Shown: positions 20,428-31,412, numbered from the stretch's first letter. The stretch is DNA of 64,000 nucleotides from Sulfurimonadaceae bacterium (GCA_041571435.1 JBFFUI010000006.1:1-64000); one strand, 5' to 3'. The notes: generated by a model not told the origin, from the sequence alone. Translations and numbers: made by a program.

Positions 20428-20848
20428 GCAGTTTGTAGCGGACATAGTAGTGACGGCTCCAGTTGTTGCTGACAGGCATCAGTTCCACCAAAAGATCATC
20501 ATTGTCCAGAGGTTCTGACGCCAGCGCCTCTTCACCGTTCAAGAGCAGAAGATAGCTGCTTTCATCTACGGCTTCATTTCGCGTAAAATATAGGATGTTT
20601 TCCTGCTCCGGGTTATAAAAAGCGACCAGGAAGTGGGCCATCCCATCTGTATAGTTCGGATAGACATCGTTAAGGTAGATGGTGGATAGAATAGCTTTGG
20701 TCTTGTTGTTGGTGCCGAGAAGGCGTACATTTTGAAAGCTGGTTGTTGCTTTTTCGTTTTCCGAAGTGAGTGTGTAGCTTTCGAAGTGTCTGCTGCACCC
20801 GTTGAAAATTGTCAAAGAGAGTGTAAAAAGTATGATGAACTGTTTCAA
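20348..20848 (-). CDS. Putative lipoprotein
   Basis: Signal peptide with FNGC lipobox; overlaps the slt 3' end convergently by 80 bp. Confidence 0.75.
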   Translation of the reverse strand: MKQFIILFTLSLTIFNGCSRHFESYTLTSENEKATTSFQNVRLLGTNNKTKAILSTIYLNDVYPNYTDGMAHFLVAFYNPEQENILYFTRNEAVDESSYLLLLNGEEALASEPLDNDDLLVELMPVSNNWSRHYYVRYKLPSEQPVLVLESGHTEQAVITYQKAQQ

Positions 20849-20992
20849 TTAAAAACCTAAATTATAGTGTGGCCAAAAGTATAGCCTATTCACTATGAAA
20901 CTCCCTACTCACTGCTCATAACGCACTATTCAAGAGATTTTTACTGACATTTGTCTATAATCACTTAAAATTTAAGAGCATTCCTGAATGCC

Positions 20993-21514
20993 GTGACGAT
21001 GGATATAGATTTGCATAAACGTCTAGCAGTTGCTTTTACCGGCCCCTCAAACAGCGGTAAAACGACACTGATATTAAAAGTGGCCAGAAAGCTTATTCAT
21101 GATCACAAGATGGACGTTGCGATCATTAAGCACGACCCTAAAGACAAGGCGAGGTTTGACACACCGGGCAAAGACAGCTACAAGTTTTCGGATACGGGGG
21201 CCAGGGTGGTGGTCACTTCGCCAAACAAAACAACCTACTTTTCAAACCGACATCAGGAATTTGAAGAGATCGTCGATATGTTTGGTGACGTTGATATCGT
21301 CTTGGTAGAGGGGCTGAAGAACCTCCCTCTTCCACGCATCAGCATCTTCCGTAACAAGATCGATGAAGAGTACTTTCCATACATGAATGCTCTGGCTGTG
21401 GATGAAAGTATTGATCTAGGCGCATATACACTTCCAGAAGGTGTCAGTGTGTTGGATCTGAACAATGAAGATAGCGTGATAACGTGGATCTTAAATAATG
21501 CAAAGGCTGTGTAG
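20993..21514 (+). CDS. mobB: Molybdopterin-guanine dinucleotide biosynthesis protein B
   Basis: GPSNSGKTT P-loop, IKHDP, GKDS, LVEGLK. Confidence 0.92.
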   Translation: MTMDIDLHKRLAVAFTGPSNSGKTTLILKVARKLIHDHKMDVAIIKHDPKDKARFDTPGKDSYKFSDTGARVVVTSPNKTTYFSNRHQEFEEIVDMFGDVDIVLVEGLKNLPLPRISIFRNKIDEEYFPYMNALAVDESIDLGAYTLPEGVSVLDLNNEDSVITWILNNAKAV

Positions 21515-22357
21515 ATGAAAGAGATATTTAGTGCAATAGAACGTGCTGCAATACGTATTAAAGAGGAGATCGATACCAAAGACATCGGCTACTCTCAACA
21601 GCAGAACGCGACAGGCGACACGCAGTTGCAGCTTGACATCAAATGTGACCTTGTCTGTGAGGAAGAGTTCTCCAAGGCGGCGACGATCAATACGATCGTA
21701 AGCGAAGAGCAGGACCATAAGGTCGTTATGAACGAAGAGGCGCAGTATTTTGTCGCGTTTGACCCGCTGGACGGCTCATCGCTTATTGATGTGAATCTGA
21801 GTGTCGGTTCGATCTTCGGTATCTACAACGGTTCATTCGGTGTCAAAGACCTGGTTGCGGCCTGTTATGTTGTCTATGGCCCGCGTACCGAGCTTGTATT
21901 CGCCTATGAAGGCGAAGTGAAGTTCTATCTCCTTCAAAACGGTGCGTTTGAGTTTGTCAAGAACATCACGCTCAATGAAAAGGGTAAACTGAATGCACCT
22001 GGGGGTACACAGCAGAATTGGCCGGCACACCACAAGGCGATGGTCGATGGACTTTTCCAAGAGGGGTACCGTCTGCGCTACTCCGGCGGAATGGTCCCTG
22101 ACCTTCACCAGATCCTTCTTAAAGGGGGCGGACTGTTCTCATACCCGTCGACGTCCGACAAACCTGAGGGTAAACTTCGTATGCTGTATGAAGCCCTTCC
22201 GTTCGCCTTTATCTTCGTGATGGCCGGTGGTGACCAGACCGATGGTAAAAACGACCTTCTGACCTTGGAAGCGACGCATATCCATGACACAACACCATGT
22301 TTCTTCGGTTCAAAGTACGAGATAGCAAGAGTCAAAGATGTCTATGCAAGAAACTAG
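21515..22357 (+). CDS. fbp: Class 1 fructose-1,6-bisphosphatase
   Basis: [25 protein letters not shown]. Confidence 0.95.
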   Translation: MKEIFSAIERAAIRIKEEIDTKDIGYSQQQNATGDTQLQLDIKCDLVCEEEFSKAATINTIVSEEQDHKVVMNEEAQYFVAFDPLDGSSLIDVNLSVGSIFGIYNGSFGVKDLVAACYVVYGPRTELVFAYEGEVKFYLLQNGAFEFVKNITLNEKGKLNAPGGTQQNWPAHHKAMVDGLFQEGYRLRYSGGMVPDLHQILLKGGGLFSYPSTSDKPEGKLRMLYEALPFAFIFVMAGGDQTDGKNDLLTLEATHIHDTTPCFFGSKYEIARVKDVYARN

Positions 22358-22535
22358 CGTCTTTGAAGAGAAGCTTGATGCCGCATTGGCCAAGGTGCAG
22401 CAGTGCCAAGTCGAAAAAACAGTGAAAAGCTGCAGCCTATGTGAGTTTTATATCGGCTGTGACACCCGAAGAGCCTATGTCCAAGCCGTTTATGACTCAA
22501 TGTCAAAAGGCGAGACCGGCGGATTTGAATTTTAA
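22338..22535 (+). CDS. Small Cys-rich hypothetical protein
   Basis: CQ...SCSLC...GC...YV.AVY.SMSKG..GGFEF; between fbp and metG as in Campylobacter. Confidence 0.8.
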   Translation: MSMQETSVFEEKLDAALAKVQQCQVEKTVKSCSLCEFYIGCDTRRAYVQAVYDSMSKGETGGFEF

Positions 22536-22549
22536 CAGAGAGAGAACAT

Positions 22550-24502
22550 ATGAGCAACTATTACACAACCCCTATTTACTACGTTAACGGTGAGGCACAT
22601 ATCGGCCATGCCTATACAACTTTCATCACTGATATGCTGGCGCGCTATTCACGTCTAAAAGGTGAAACCACCTATTTCCTGACCGGTACCGATGAGCATG
22701 GTCAGAAGATCGAAGAGTCAGCACTTAAAGCGGGTAAGACGACACAGGTTTTTGCTGATGAGATCTCAGCACTGTTTAAAGGCCTCTGGGATGAATTTGA
22801 GATCTCATACGATCAATTCATCCGCACAACGGATGAGGAACACAAGATAGGCGTGCAGCACGCGTTTAAAAAGATGTACGACAAGGGCGACATCTATAAG
22901 GGCGAGTATGAGGGGAACTACTGTGTCAGCTGCGAGACCTTCTTTCCTGAGTCTCAGCTGATCGACGGCGAATTCTGCCCGGACTGCGGCCGTTCGACAA
23001 ACACGGTCAAAGAGGAGAGCTACTTCTTCAAGCTCTCCAACTACGAGCAGCAGCTTCTCGACTACTACGAAGCGCACCCTGACTTTATTTTGCCGAAATC
23101 CCGCCGCAACGAGGTGGTCAACTTTGTCAAAGGGGGACTGCACGATCTCTCTGTGACCCGTACATCGTTCAGCTGGGGTGTGCCTCTGCCTAAAGAGCTT
23201 AATGACGACAAGCACGTCATGTATGTCTGGCTGGACGCACTGCTCAACTATGTGACGGCGCTCGGTTACGGACGTGATGAGGCCAAAATGGACCTTTGGC
23301 CGGCCCATATGCAGGTTGTCGGTAAAGACATCCTTCGTTTCCATGCCATCTACTGGCCGGCATTTTTGATGAGTCTTGACCTCCCTCTTCCGAAACATAT
23401 CGCTGCGCACGGGTGGTGGACACGCGACGGTGAAAAGATGTCAAAATCCAAAGGCAACGTGGTTTCGCCAAAAGAGGTATCGGACCACTACGGTGTTGAG
23501 AACCTTCGCTACTTTATGATGCGTGAAGTGCCATTCGGACAAGACGGCGACTTCTCACAGCGTGCGTTTATCGACCGTATCAACTCGGACCTGAGCAATG
23601 ACTTGGGCAACCTGCTTAACCGCATTATCGGTATGAGCGGCAAATACAGTGACTTTGTGATCGACTCTTCAGATGTTGAGAAATACCACAGTGCCGAGCT
23701 TGAAGAGATGTATGCCATCTTGGACGATGTAGAGAAATATCTGGACGAAGTGCAGACGCACCGCTTCCTAGAAGAGCTCTGGAGGGTCTTTACGATCGGT
23801 AACAAGGCTATTGAAGCCCATGCACCGTGGGTCAAGATCAAAGAAGGCAAGAAGGACGAGGCGTTGGCCACCGTTTCATTGGTTGCAAACGTATTGGCAA
23901 AAGCCTCTATTCTGCTGCACGCTTTTATGCCTAAGACAACCAATACGATCGCCGATACACTGGGCTTTGAGATCAACACCGAGAGCTACAGACTCCTTCT
24001 CAAAGAGAAAAAACTGCTAGAGACCTTTACGATCAAAAAAGTCGGTCCACTTTTCCCTCGTGTCGAGGAACCTCTTATGGAAGAGGCACCGAAAGCGATG
24101 ATGGAAGAAACACCGAAAACCGAGAAAAAAGCCAAAGAGAGCAAAAAACCTGAAGCTTCCAAAGAAGAGAGTGCCGGCCTGATCACCTTTGACGAGTTCT
24201 TCAACACGACATTGAAAATCGGTACGGTCGTCGAAGCGGAAGAGGTGCCAAAAAGCAAAAAACTCCTTAAACTGCAGGTCGATCTCGGCGAAGATGAGCT
24301 TCGTCAGATCGTTGCCGGGATTAAAGACTACTACTCTGCCGAAGAGCTTGTCAACACACAGGTCTGTGTCGTCGCCAACCTCAAACCGGCCAAACTGATG
24401 GGGATTATGTCTTCGGGGATGCTGTTGGCTGCAAAAGATGACGATGGCCTCTGTCTTGTCCGTCCTGAGAAACCGCGCAAAACAGGTTCTTCTATTGGTT
24501 AA
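22550..24502 (+). CDS. metG: Methionine-tRNA ligase with C-terminal tRNA-binding domain
   Basis: HIGH, KMSKS, zinc knuckle, C-terminal Trbp111-like domain. Confidence 0.98.
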   Translation: MSNYYTTPIYYVNGEAHIGHAYTTFITDMLARYSRLKGETTYFLTGTDEHGQKIEESALKAGKTTQVFADEISALFKGLWDEFEISYDQFIRTTDEEHKIGVQHAFKKMYDKGDIYKGEYEGNYCVSCETFFPESQLIDGEFCPDCGRSTNTVKEESYFFKLSNYEQQLLDYYEAHPDFILPKSRRNEVVNFVKGGLHDLSVTRTSFSWGVPLPKELNDDKHVMYVWLDALLNYVTALGYGRDEAKMDLWPAHMQVVGKDILRFHAIYWPAFLMSLDLPLPKHIAAHGWWTRDGEKMSKSKGNVVSPKEVSDHYGVENLRYFMMREVPFGQDGDFSQRAFIDRINSDLSNDLGNLLNRIIGMSGKYSDFVIDSSDVEKYHSAELEEMYAILDDVEKYLDEVQTHRFLEELWRVFTIGNKAIEAHAPWVKIKEGKKDEALATVSLVANVLAKASILLHAFMPKTTNTIADTLGFEINTESYRLLLKEKKLLETFTIKKVGPLFPRVEEPLMEEAPKAMMEETPKTEKKAKESKKPEASKEESAGLITFDEFFNTTLKIGTVVEAEEVPKSKKLLKLQVDLGEDELRQIVAGIKDYYSAEELVNTQVCVVANLKPAKLMGIMSSGMLLAAKDDDGLCLVRPEKPRKTGSSIG

Positions 24503-24528
24503 TTGTTGCTAGAGGTGCTTAGAAAGTA

Positions 24529-25533
24529 ATGCGCCTCGAAAACCTTCTCGCCCTTACCCAGGGAATCTTACAGAACCAACCTTTTGTCTCACGCTTTGAC
24601 GGCATCAGTTTTGATGCCAAAAAGGTGAAACGCGGCAACCTCTTTATCGCCTTTAACAACAGTGATATCGACGAGGCTATTTTGCATGGTGCCTACGGGA
24701 TTATCTTTGACAAACCTACGCAGATCACAGACAACGAGATCGCCTGGATCAAAGTCGGTGATGTCGATGATGCATTGATGCGGCTTCTGCGCTTTCATCT
24801 CATTGAAAAAGAGCTCGATGTCTACGAGACAGACCTGATTACGATCAAGCTGGCCCAGCAGGTCATGACAGACAGTAGTTTTTTGGTCCTGGGGAAGTCC
24901 ATCAAAGACGACTTTATGACACTCTGGGAGGTACCGCACGGGGCGAAAGTCCTCTATTGTTCCAAGCTGATCGACAGGGACACCTTTGTGGACTCAAAGA
25001 CCCTGCCCCATGCCTATAAGGATGAGATCACGATCGTTGAGCAGACGCTATTTGAGACCTCGTTTATCTTTGATGACATTTTTTATGAACGTCAGCTGCT
25101 CTCCCCTTTTTTCATCTCGTACCTTGAGCGGCTGCTCAACTTTTACAAGATGCATGAGATCAACTACCGCTTGCGCACATTTACCCCGATCGACAACTTC
25201 GAAGCGGTCTTTACCAACAAAGACCTCTCTGTGAAAGAGTTCGGTGCAAGTGACCGTGTTCTCATCTTTGAACCTGATTTTGAGTTGATCCACTCCCAGA
25301 TCTCATTTTTGAGGCGACAAGCCAATTGGGCCAAGATCATCTACATCCTGCCTAAGGCAAAAGCACTCCCTTTTGAAAACATCGAAGGCATATTTACTTA
25401 TGAGTCGCAGCAGGATATAATCAGCATACTCAAATCAACACCGTTCCACTTTGCTCTGATCGCCGAGCAGAACAAAACATTGTTGGATCACAACGATCTG
25501 AAGCGGCCGGCAGAACAGTTGACACTGTTTTAA
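24529..25533 (+). CDS. Hypothetical protein with Mur-ligase-like N-terminal domain
   Basis: FDAKKVKRGNLFIA...AILHGAYGII resembles the MurE/F N-domain; no P-loop seen. Confidence 0.7.
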   Translation: MRLENLLALTQGILQNQPFVSRFDGISFDAKKVKRGNLFIAFNNSDIDEAILHGAYGIIFDKPTQITDNEIAWIKVGDVDDALMRLLRFHLIEKELDVYETDLITIKLAQQVMTDSSFLVLGKSIKDDFMTLWEVPHGAKVLYCSKLIDRDTFVDSKTLPHAYKDEITIVEQTLFETSFIFDDIFYERQLLSPFFISYLERLLNFYKMHEINYRLRTFTPIDNFEAVFTNKDLSVKEFGASDRVLIFEPDFELIHSQISFLRRQANWAKIIYILPKAKALPFENIEGIFTYESQQDIISILKSTPFHFALIAEQNKTLLDHNDLKRPAEQLTLF

Positions 25534-25568
25534 AGGCACGTTTTGATGCACACTAAAGGACAAACACT

Positions 25569-26723
25569 TTGAAACCACTTCCCAGTAGGCAGAGTATCAT
25601 ATCTCTGATCCTTGCAAATCACGCTACGGCTGTTGCCGGTATCGGCTTTGGACTGCTTACTTTTCTTTTTCACTTTTACCACAACCCCTACCTGGCAACA
25701 CTGTTCGCAGCGATCAGTATTACTCTGCTCTCATTAACGGTCTCTGAAGTCGCTGAAGTTCTGGCTGAACGCCTGGATGAGCCTTATGGCAGTTTTGTAC
25801 TCACCTTCTCGGCCGTCATCGTCGAAATCATTCTTCTCTTTTTGATATTGCTGCAGGCGACAAACAACCCGTATGCGATGGAGACGGTAAAAGGGGGGAT
25901 CATCTCGGCAGTCATCGTCGATATGAACGTTCTACTGGGTCTTGCGGTGTTTATCGGTGGTCTCGCCTTTAAAGAACAGGAACACAACGAAGACACATCG
26001 AGCACCTACACGACGATCCTGCTAGTGGCTTCATCGGCCCTGCTGGTACCGAGCATCCTTCACTTTACAACGGGTGAAACAGATGATCTTCAGAGTGCCA
26101 GTATGCTCATTGCGGCGGTGCTCTTTATCTTCTATATCGTTATTTTTATCTTCCAGACCAAGACGCACACACACTTCTTTAAAGCGACAGCCAGAAGCCG
26201 CATATTCCGTTACAAGAACAGGCAGAGCGAAGAGGACGAGGAGGAAGAACAGCAGGACCTTTTTGAGGAGATGGGTACGACGTTCAACTTTATCGCCATC
26301 TTTATGCTTATCGCCGTTATCGGCTATATTGCAGAGATCTTTGCACACGAAGGGATGCAGCTCGTCACCGAGTACAGTTTCCCTGTCGGTCTTGCCGGTC
26401 TTCTAATCGCAATCATCTCCGTTGCACCGGAGATCATCACCGCCATCAAAGCGGCCAAGAATGATCAGATCCAACGCGTTGTCAATATTGCCATGGGGGC
26501 CTCAACCGTCTCGATCATGCTGACGGTGCCTGTGCTGCTTGCTCTCTCTTACGCTGCGGGCAATCCGTTGACGCTCGATTTCAATACGCTGCAGATCGGT
26601 GCACTGATCCTGACGATCATCCTGGCGTGGAAAACAACGGATGACGGACAGACCAACTACTTTGAAGGTACCTCGCACCTGATCTTTTTTGCGTGTTACG
26701 CTATCGTTCTGGCATTTTTATAG
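25569..26723 (+). CDS. Ca2+/H+ antiporter (CaCA, ChaA/CAX-like)
   Basis: Multi-TM; AEVLAERLDEPYGS, APEIITA repeats; acidic loop EEDEEEEQQD. Confidence 0.85.
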   Translation: MKPLPSRQSIISLILANHATAVAGIGFGLLTFLFHFYHNPYLATLFAAISITLLSLTVSEVAEVLAERLDEPYGSFVLTFSAVIVEIILLFLILLQATNNPYAMETVKGGIISAVIVDMNVLLGLAVFIGGLAFKEQEHNEDTSSTYTTILLVASSALLVPSILHFTTGETDDLQSASMLIAAVLFIFYIVIFIFQTKTHTHFFKATARSRIFRYKNRQSEEDEEEEQQDLFEEMGTTFNFIAIFMLIAVIGYIAEIFAHEGMQLVTEYSFPVGLAGLLIAIISVAPEIITAIKAAKNDQIQRVVNIAMGASTVSIMLTVPVLLALSYAAGNPLTLDFNTLQIGALILTIILAWKTTDDGQTNYFEGTSHLIFFACYAIVLAFL

Positions 26724-26731
26724 GAGAGCAC

Positions 26732-27868
26732 ATGAAACGTAGAGATTTTTTGACAACGGCTGCGGCGACAACGGCTGCCGGTCTTTTGGGCGGTTGTAAC
26801 GACTCTGGCCGACAGGCCATCGATTATACAAAACATCCCCAGAAAAAAGATGTTGCAGACAAAGAGGTCTACGTCAACAAAAACAGAAAGACCAAAATCA
26901 ACCTTGCTACATCTTGGCCGGGCCACTTTCCGATTATGGGGACCGGTGTTGAGCGTTTTGCTGAAAATGTCAACAAGGCCAGCGGCGGCACGTTGGAGAT
27001 CAAGGTCCATCCCAAAAATACTTTGATCCCTGCTCTTGCCGTTTTTGACGCAGCGAGCAGCGGTCAGATCGATGCCTTTCACTCCGGTCCCTATTACTGG
27101 AAAGGCAAAAACTCCGCTTTTTCGCTTTTCAGCGGTTTTCCTTTCGGCATGACAGCCGAAGAGATCAACTCATGGATGACCTTCGGCAACGGTATGACAC
27201 TCTGGCGCAAACTCTACGGCAAATACAACCTGCACCCTCTTATGGGCGGTAATACCAATATTCAGATGGGTGGATGGTACAGAAAGCCTTTGGAGTCGCT
27301 GGCCGATATGCAAGGACTCAAAATGCGTATTCCGGGGCTTGGGGGCGAACTCTTCTCCAAGCTGGGCGTCAACCCTATTCTCCTTCCGGCCGGCGAGATC
27401 TATACCTCCTTGGAGCGCGGCGTGATCGATGCGACGGAATGGGTCGGTCCGGCGCTCGACATGAAGATGGGGTTTTACAAAGTCGCTCCGTACTACTACT
27501 CGGGCTGGCATGAACCCGGATCTATTCTTGAATTGACCTTTAACAAGCACAAATGGGAGAAGCTCCCCTCTGAGCATCAAGCGATCATAGAGATGGCCGC
27601 TTCGCAGATGAATGCAGACATGGCAAGCGAGTTCCATTACGAAAACATGAAATCACTTGACCTGCTGACGAAAAAAGGGGTGGAGATCCTAAGTTACCCT
27701 GATGATGTCATCGTTGCCGCCAAAAAGGCTCTAGTTGAAGTCATACGTGAGCAGAGTGCGCTAAACAGTGACTTCAAAGAGGTCGCTGAAGATGCCAATG
27801 CATTTTTGCTTCAATCCAAGGCGTGGTCAAAAGCGAGTCTTCACTACTTCTTAAACACACGGGAGTAG
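26732..27868 (+). CDS. TRAP transporter substrate-binding protein (DctP, TakP-like)
   Basis: Tat signal MKRRDFL with lipobox LGGC; GLKMRIPGLGG, ERGVIDATEWVGP; ATG 26732 behind AGGAG. Confidence 0.92.
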   Translation: MKRRDFLTTAAATTAAGLLGGCNDSGRQAIDYTKHPQKKDVADKEVYVNKNRKTKINLATSWPGHFPIMGTGVERFAENVNKASGGTLEIKVHPKNTLIPALAVFDAASSGQIDAFHSGPYYWKGKNSAFSLFSGFPFGMTAEEINSWMTFGNGMTLWRKLYGKYNLHPLMGGNTNIQMGGWYRKPLESLADMQGLKMRIPGLGGELFSKLGVNPILLPAGEIYTSLERGVIDATEWVGPALDMKMGFYKVAPYYYSGWHEPGSILELTFNKHKWEKLPSEHQAIIEMAASQMNADMASEFHYENMKSLDLLTKKGVEILSYPDDVIVAAKKALVEVIREQSALNSDFKEVAEDANAFLLQSKAWSKASLHYFLNTRE

Positions 27869-27924
27869 CGCTTTTATAAAGTCCAGTAGTGTTATAATTT
27901 GATATCTATAACAAATGAGACTGC

Positions 27925-29142
27925 ATGCGTTTCTGGACTTTACTCTTCCCATTTTTCCTATTTGCCCAGGATCTGATCATTGTCGACAAAACCACGCAAC
28001 AGCCCCTTTCAAACGCACAGTTCATTCAACACGATAAAATGACCTACAGTGACACGGCTGGCAAGGTCAGTTTCGATGAAAACCGCACAAAGAGCATACA
28101 TGTCAAAGCGTACGGCTACCGTCCTTTCCATTGGGATGTGAACAGTACGGTAAAGCGTTTGGAGCTGGAACCTATCAAGGTCAAAGGGGTGTATCTCTCT
28201 TTTTGGGGTGCCAATCCAAAGACCAAGACCTTCAATAATGCCATGGACCTTATCGAGACGACAGAGGCTAATGCTCTGGTCATCGATGTCAAAAGCGAAC
28301 AGGGGCAGATGTCCTATAAGACAGATGTCAAAGAAGCCAGCGAGATGGATGCACACTACTACCGCACCATCAAAGATATTGACAGCTATATGAAACGACT
28401 GAAAGAGAAGAAGATCTACACCATTGCGCGTATCGTCTGTTTCAAAGATGAGCTGAGTGCTACAAATCACCCTGAGCGCGCTGTAAAACGTACAGACGGT
28501 ACGGTGTGGCGCAATGCCGCCAAGATGGCATGGGTCGACCCGTTCAACCCTGACGCGCAGGATTACATCATCAGTATAGCGATTGACGCCGCTCAAAAAG
28601 GGTTTGACGAGATCAACTTCGACTATGTCCGTTTCCCGGCAAAAGAGGATCTGATGTTTTCGCAAGAGAACAATCAGGCAAACCGCCTACTCGCAATCGA
28701 CTACTTTATCAAAAAAGCATCCACCCGTCTACGTCCCTATGGCGTCTTTTTGTCCGTCGACACATACGGCTATGTGGCATGGAACACCGACAATGATACG
28801 AATATAGGACACCAGACCGATGTACTTGCCCGGCATGCCGATTACCTTGCGCCGATGCTCTACCCTTCAGGTTTTAATGCGGGTATTTTGGACATTGAGG
28901 ACCCAGCAGCCGAACCGTACCGCATCGTCAAGGCAACACTTTTGAAGATGCAGGAGAGCGTTGAGCCTGTACGGCTGCGTCCGTGGCTGCAGTACTTTAA
29001 AGACTACGCTTTTTCGCGCAAGCACTACAATGATTTTGAGATCAAAGAGCAGATCCGCGCCAGTGATGACACCAACTGCAGCGGTTGGCTGCTGTGGAAC
29101 CCGTCAAGCCGTTATAACCGCGGTGGATTGCTGCAAGAGTGA
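27925..29142 (+). CDS. Secreted putative glycoside hydrolase (DUF4015-like)
   Basis: Signal peptide; NALVIDVK, IARIVCFKD, GFDEINFDYVRFP, PMLYPS, RPWLQ.F. Confidence 0.8.
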   Translation: MRFWTLLFPFFLFAQDLIIVDKTTQQPLSNAQFIQHDKMTYSDTAGKVSFDENRTKSIHVKAYGYRPFHWDVNSTVKRLELEPIKVKGVYLSFWGANPKTKTFNNAMDLIETTEANALVIDVKSEQGQMSYKTDVKEASEMDAHYYRTIKDIDSYMKRLKEKKIYTIARIVCFKDELSATNHPERAVKRTDGTVWRNAAKMAWVDPFNPDAQDYIISIAIDAAQKGFDEINFDYVRFPAKEDLMFSQENNQANRLLAIDYFIKKASTRLRPYGVFLSVDTYGYVAWNTDNDTNIGHQTDVLARHADYLAPMLYPSGFNAGILDIEDPAAEPYRIVKATLLKMQESVEPVRLRPWLQYFKDYAFSRKHYNDFEIKEQIRASDDTNCSGWLLWNPSSRYNRGGLLQE

Positions 29143-29217
29143 TTGACAGGGTTTCGTCCTTCTAGTCTATGTTATGACAACGTCCCTTCAATCTCTTTGT
29201 ACCTACTGTTATCTGCG

Positions 29218-29979
29218 TTAGTCGTCCGCTGGAAACCGTTTTTTCCACTGTTCGACATTTATACCTTTAATGAGAAGCCACAGCCCAAAGACGATTTCAA
29301 AAAGACCGCCAGGCGCATAAAAGGCCATTCTAATGCTCTCTGACAGATCGGGTGTGAGCATACTGACGAAAGAGAGTATCAGCATCGTCATATACGTTAA
29401 CATTCCCCACATTGCCAATATTCGTGGAACGTACTGTGATTTATAGAACAGATAGCAAAAGAGCGTTCCACCCATACCAATGAAGATAAGAACAACGTCG
29501 AGTCCGCTGTGGCGAACATCAAGAAACAGTCCTGCCAAGGCCTGTGTCTGTTCAGGTGAAAAGGATGCTTCACTGTGTAAGAGCAGCAGCGGGAATAAAC
29601 CGCTGAACACCGTAACGCTGCCGCCTACTATAGCCTCTGCGGTTCTCCATAGCAGCGCGAGCAAAGCGAGGTTTCTGTTTACCGTTTTGAGTACGACATA
29701 AAGAGAGAAGGCAAGTAGTATGACCAGTGTATACATCAAAATCTCGCCGGCAACGCCGAAACGAAAGAGGATCTCGTGCGACAATATATTGTTGGCCGTT
29801 GCGGCACTGTTATTGGTCACGATAAGTGCAGATGCCACGAAATTGACGCTGAATATACCCAGTAAAATAGTGGCTAGGTAGGTAAAGCCGGCAACTCTAG
29901 CATAGACAAACGGTGATGTATTGTCGCTACGCGTTCTCATCTCATGTCTCTCAATGGCTTTTCTCACAAGTCGCTCCAT
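29218..29979 (-). CDS. DUF4386-like membrane protein
   Basis: ARVAGFTYL, AATANNILSHE.LFR, YVPRILAMWG, GLWLLIKG; start uncertain. Confidence 0.75.
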   Translation of the reverse strand: MERLVRKAIERHEMRTRSDNTSPFVYARVAGFTYLATILLGIFSVNFVASALIVTNNSAATANNILSHEILFRFGVAGEILMYTLVILLAFSLYVVLKTVNRNLALLALLWRTAEAIVGGSVTVFSGLFPLLLLHSEASFSPEQTQALAGLFLDVRHSGLDVVLIFIGMGGTLFCYLFYKSQYVPRILAMWGMLTYMTMLILSFVSMLTPDLSESIRMAFYAPGGLFEIVFGLWLLIKGINVEQWKKRFPADD

Positions 29980-30119
29980 CTCTGTTGATTATCTATGTTA
30001 AACCTATCGGCCGATGTCTATATTTTATAGTGAATCGCTTAAAACAAAATATACCTACCTGTCCGTTATCTGTCTGATGCGTGCCTTAGAAGACTTGTAT
30101 TTATCGAAACAAGCGATTG

Positions 30120-31208
30120 TTACGGAGAGGCACTATTGAATATTTTTGGCTGTTTTACTCTTTTTTTCTCAGCATACATAAGATGGTCTGCCTTATGGAT
30201 CAACGCATCCGGTTCAAGGTATTCCTGAGGGCCGGTCTGTACGATACCGATACTGAGTGAGATATCATGGGCACTTTTCTTGATCTCGTCGATAAGACGT
30301 TTTGTATAGATCTCTTTGGCCAACTCTTCACTGCAGTTGGGTAATATGACACAGAATTCATCGCCACCGTAGCGAAAGCAGCTGTCCTCCTGGCGTGAGA
30401 CCTGCTTAAGGCTGCTGCTGACAATACAGAGTATCTCATCACCCTGTTGGTGCCCATGGGTGTCATTGATAAGCTTGAAATCATCGATATCGATATAGAC
30501 CATGGAGACGGGCTCACCGCGGCGTTCTGCAGAAAGAAGCGTCGCGGTGAGCGTCTCGGTCAATTGCCGTACGTTGAGCAGCCCCGTCAGCGGATCGGTG
30601 CGGGACAGCTCTTCAAGCTGCTGTGTCCGCTCTTTGACCTTCTCTTCGAGGATATGCGAGTATTGGTCGGACCTCTCTTTTGCGATCTCGAGCTCCGAAA
30701 GCAGACTTCTGATGTAGGTGTCAAAAACGAGAGAGATGTCAAATAGTAAAAGCTTTTCAAATGCATCAAGAACACGGTTGCGCTCTTCAACCTCTTCCAT
30801 GTTTCTGGAAATGACATCAAAGAGTATTTTTTTAAGGGTGTAGATCCCCGAGAGGTAGAGCTTTGGATCGACACCGATACGCTTGTGCACAAGACCGATC
30901 CTGAGTCGGTTGTTGACATACTCCACACCATAGAGGCCGCTGACCAGGTCAATGAGGTATTTGTGCTGGGCCTCTTTAAGACGCTCCAGGGTATCTGCAT
31001 CACCGATGATAAGGGCGATCTCGGGTATGCTTGTCTGCTGTTTGTAAAAGCGGTCCACGATATCATCAATATGGAGCATGAGGAGCTCTTTGGCTGATTT
31101 GAGCGCTTCCACATCATCTTTTGCCAGGTAAAATAGGTGTTTGCGCTGATCAATCTCAAACTCGTTGATCCGCATCTGCTCTAGAAGTGTTTTGTTCGCC
31201 CGGTCCAT
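30120..31208 (-). CDS. Globin-coupled diguanylate cyclase (DosC-like)
   Basis: Sensor globin (IVDRFY, RLRIGLVHKRIG), DPLTGL, RQED I-site, RYGGDEF; ATG 31208 behind GGAG. Confidence 0.92.
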   Translation of the reverse strand: MDRANKTLLEQMRINEFEIDQRKHLFYLAKDDVEALKSAKELLMLHIDDIVDRFYKQQTSIPEIALIIGDADTLERLKEAQHKYLIDLVSGLYGVEYVNNRLRIGLVHKRIGVDPKLYLSGIYTLKKILFDVISRNMEEVEERNRVLDAFEKLLLFDISLVFDTYIRSLLSELEIAKERSDQYSHILEEKVKERTQQLEELSRTDPLTGLLNVRQLTETLTATLLSAERRGEPVSMVYIDIDDFKLINDTHGHQQGDEILCIVSSSLKQVSRQEDSCFRYGGDEFCVILPNCSEELAKEIYTKRLIDEIKKSAHDISLSIGIVQTGPQEYLEPDALIHKADHLMYAEKKRVKQPKIFNSASP

Positions 31209-31412
31209 CGCATCTCCTTGTGACAACCCATAAACATATATCTATTCTATACCTATTAACTTGAATAGAAATTAGGTAAGCTGAAGTGGTTTTTACTTTA
31301 AGAGAGACGGAGATTAAATGCAGGAAGCAGACCAACCCTGCCACATAGACGTGACTATGGGTTGAATGTGCTTTTAGGAGTAGACAAAGACGATTGGTGT
31401 CGGTGCGCCGTC

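Noticed and set aside
30033-30118. AATCGCTT/AAGCGATT inverted repeat as an attC site
   Set aside because: No matching GTTRRRY box at the far end and little internal pairing
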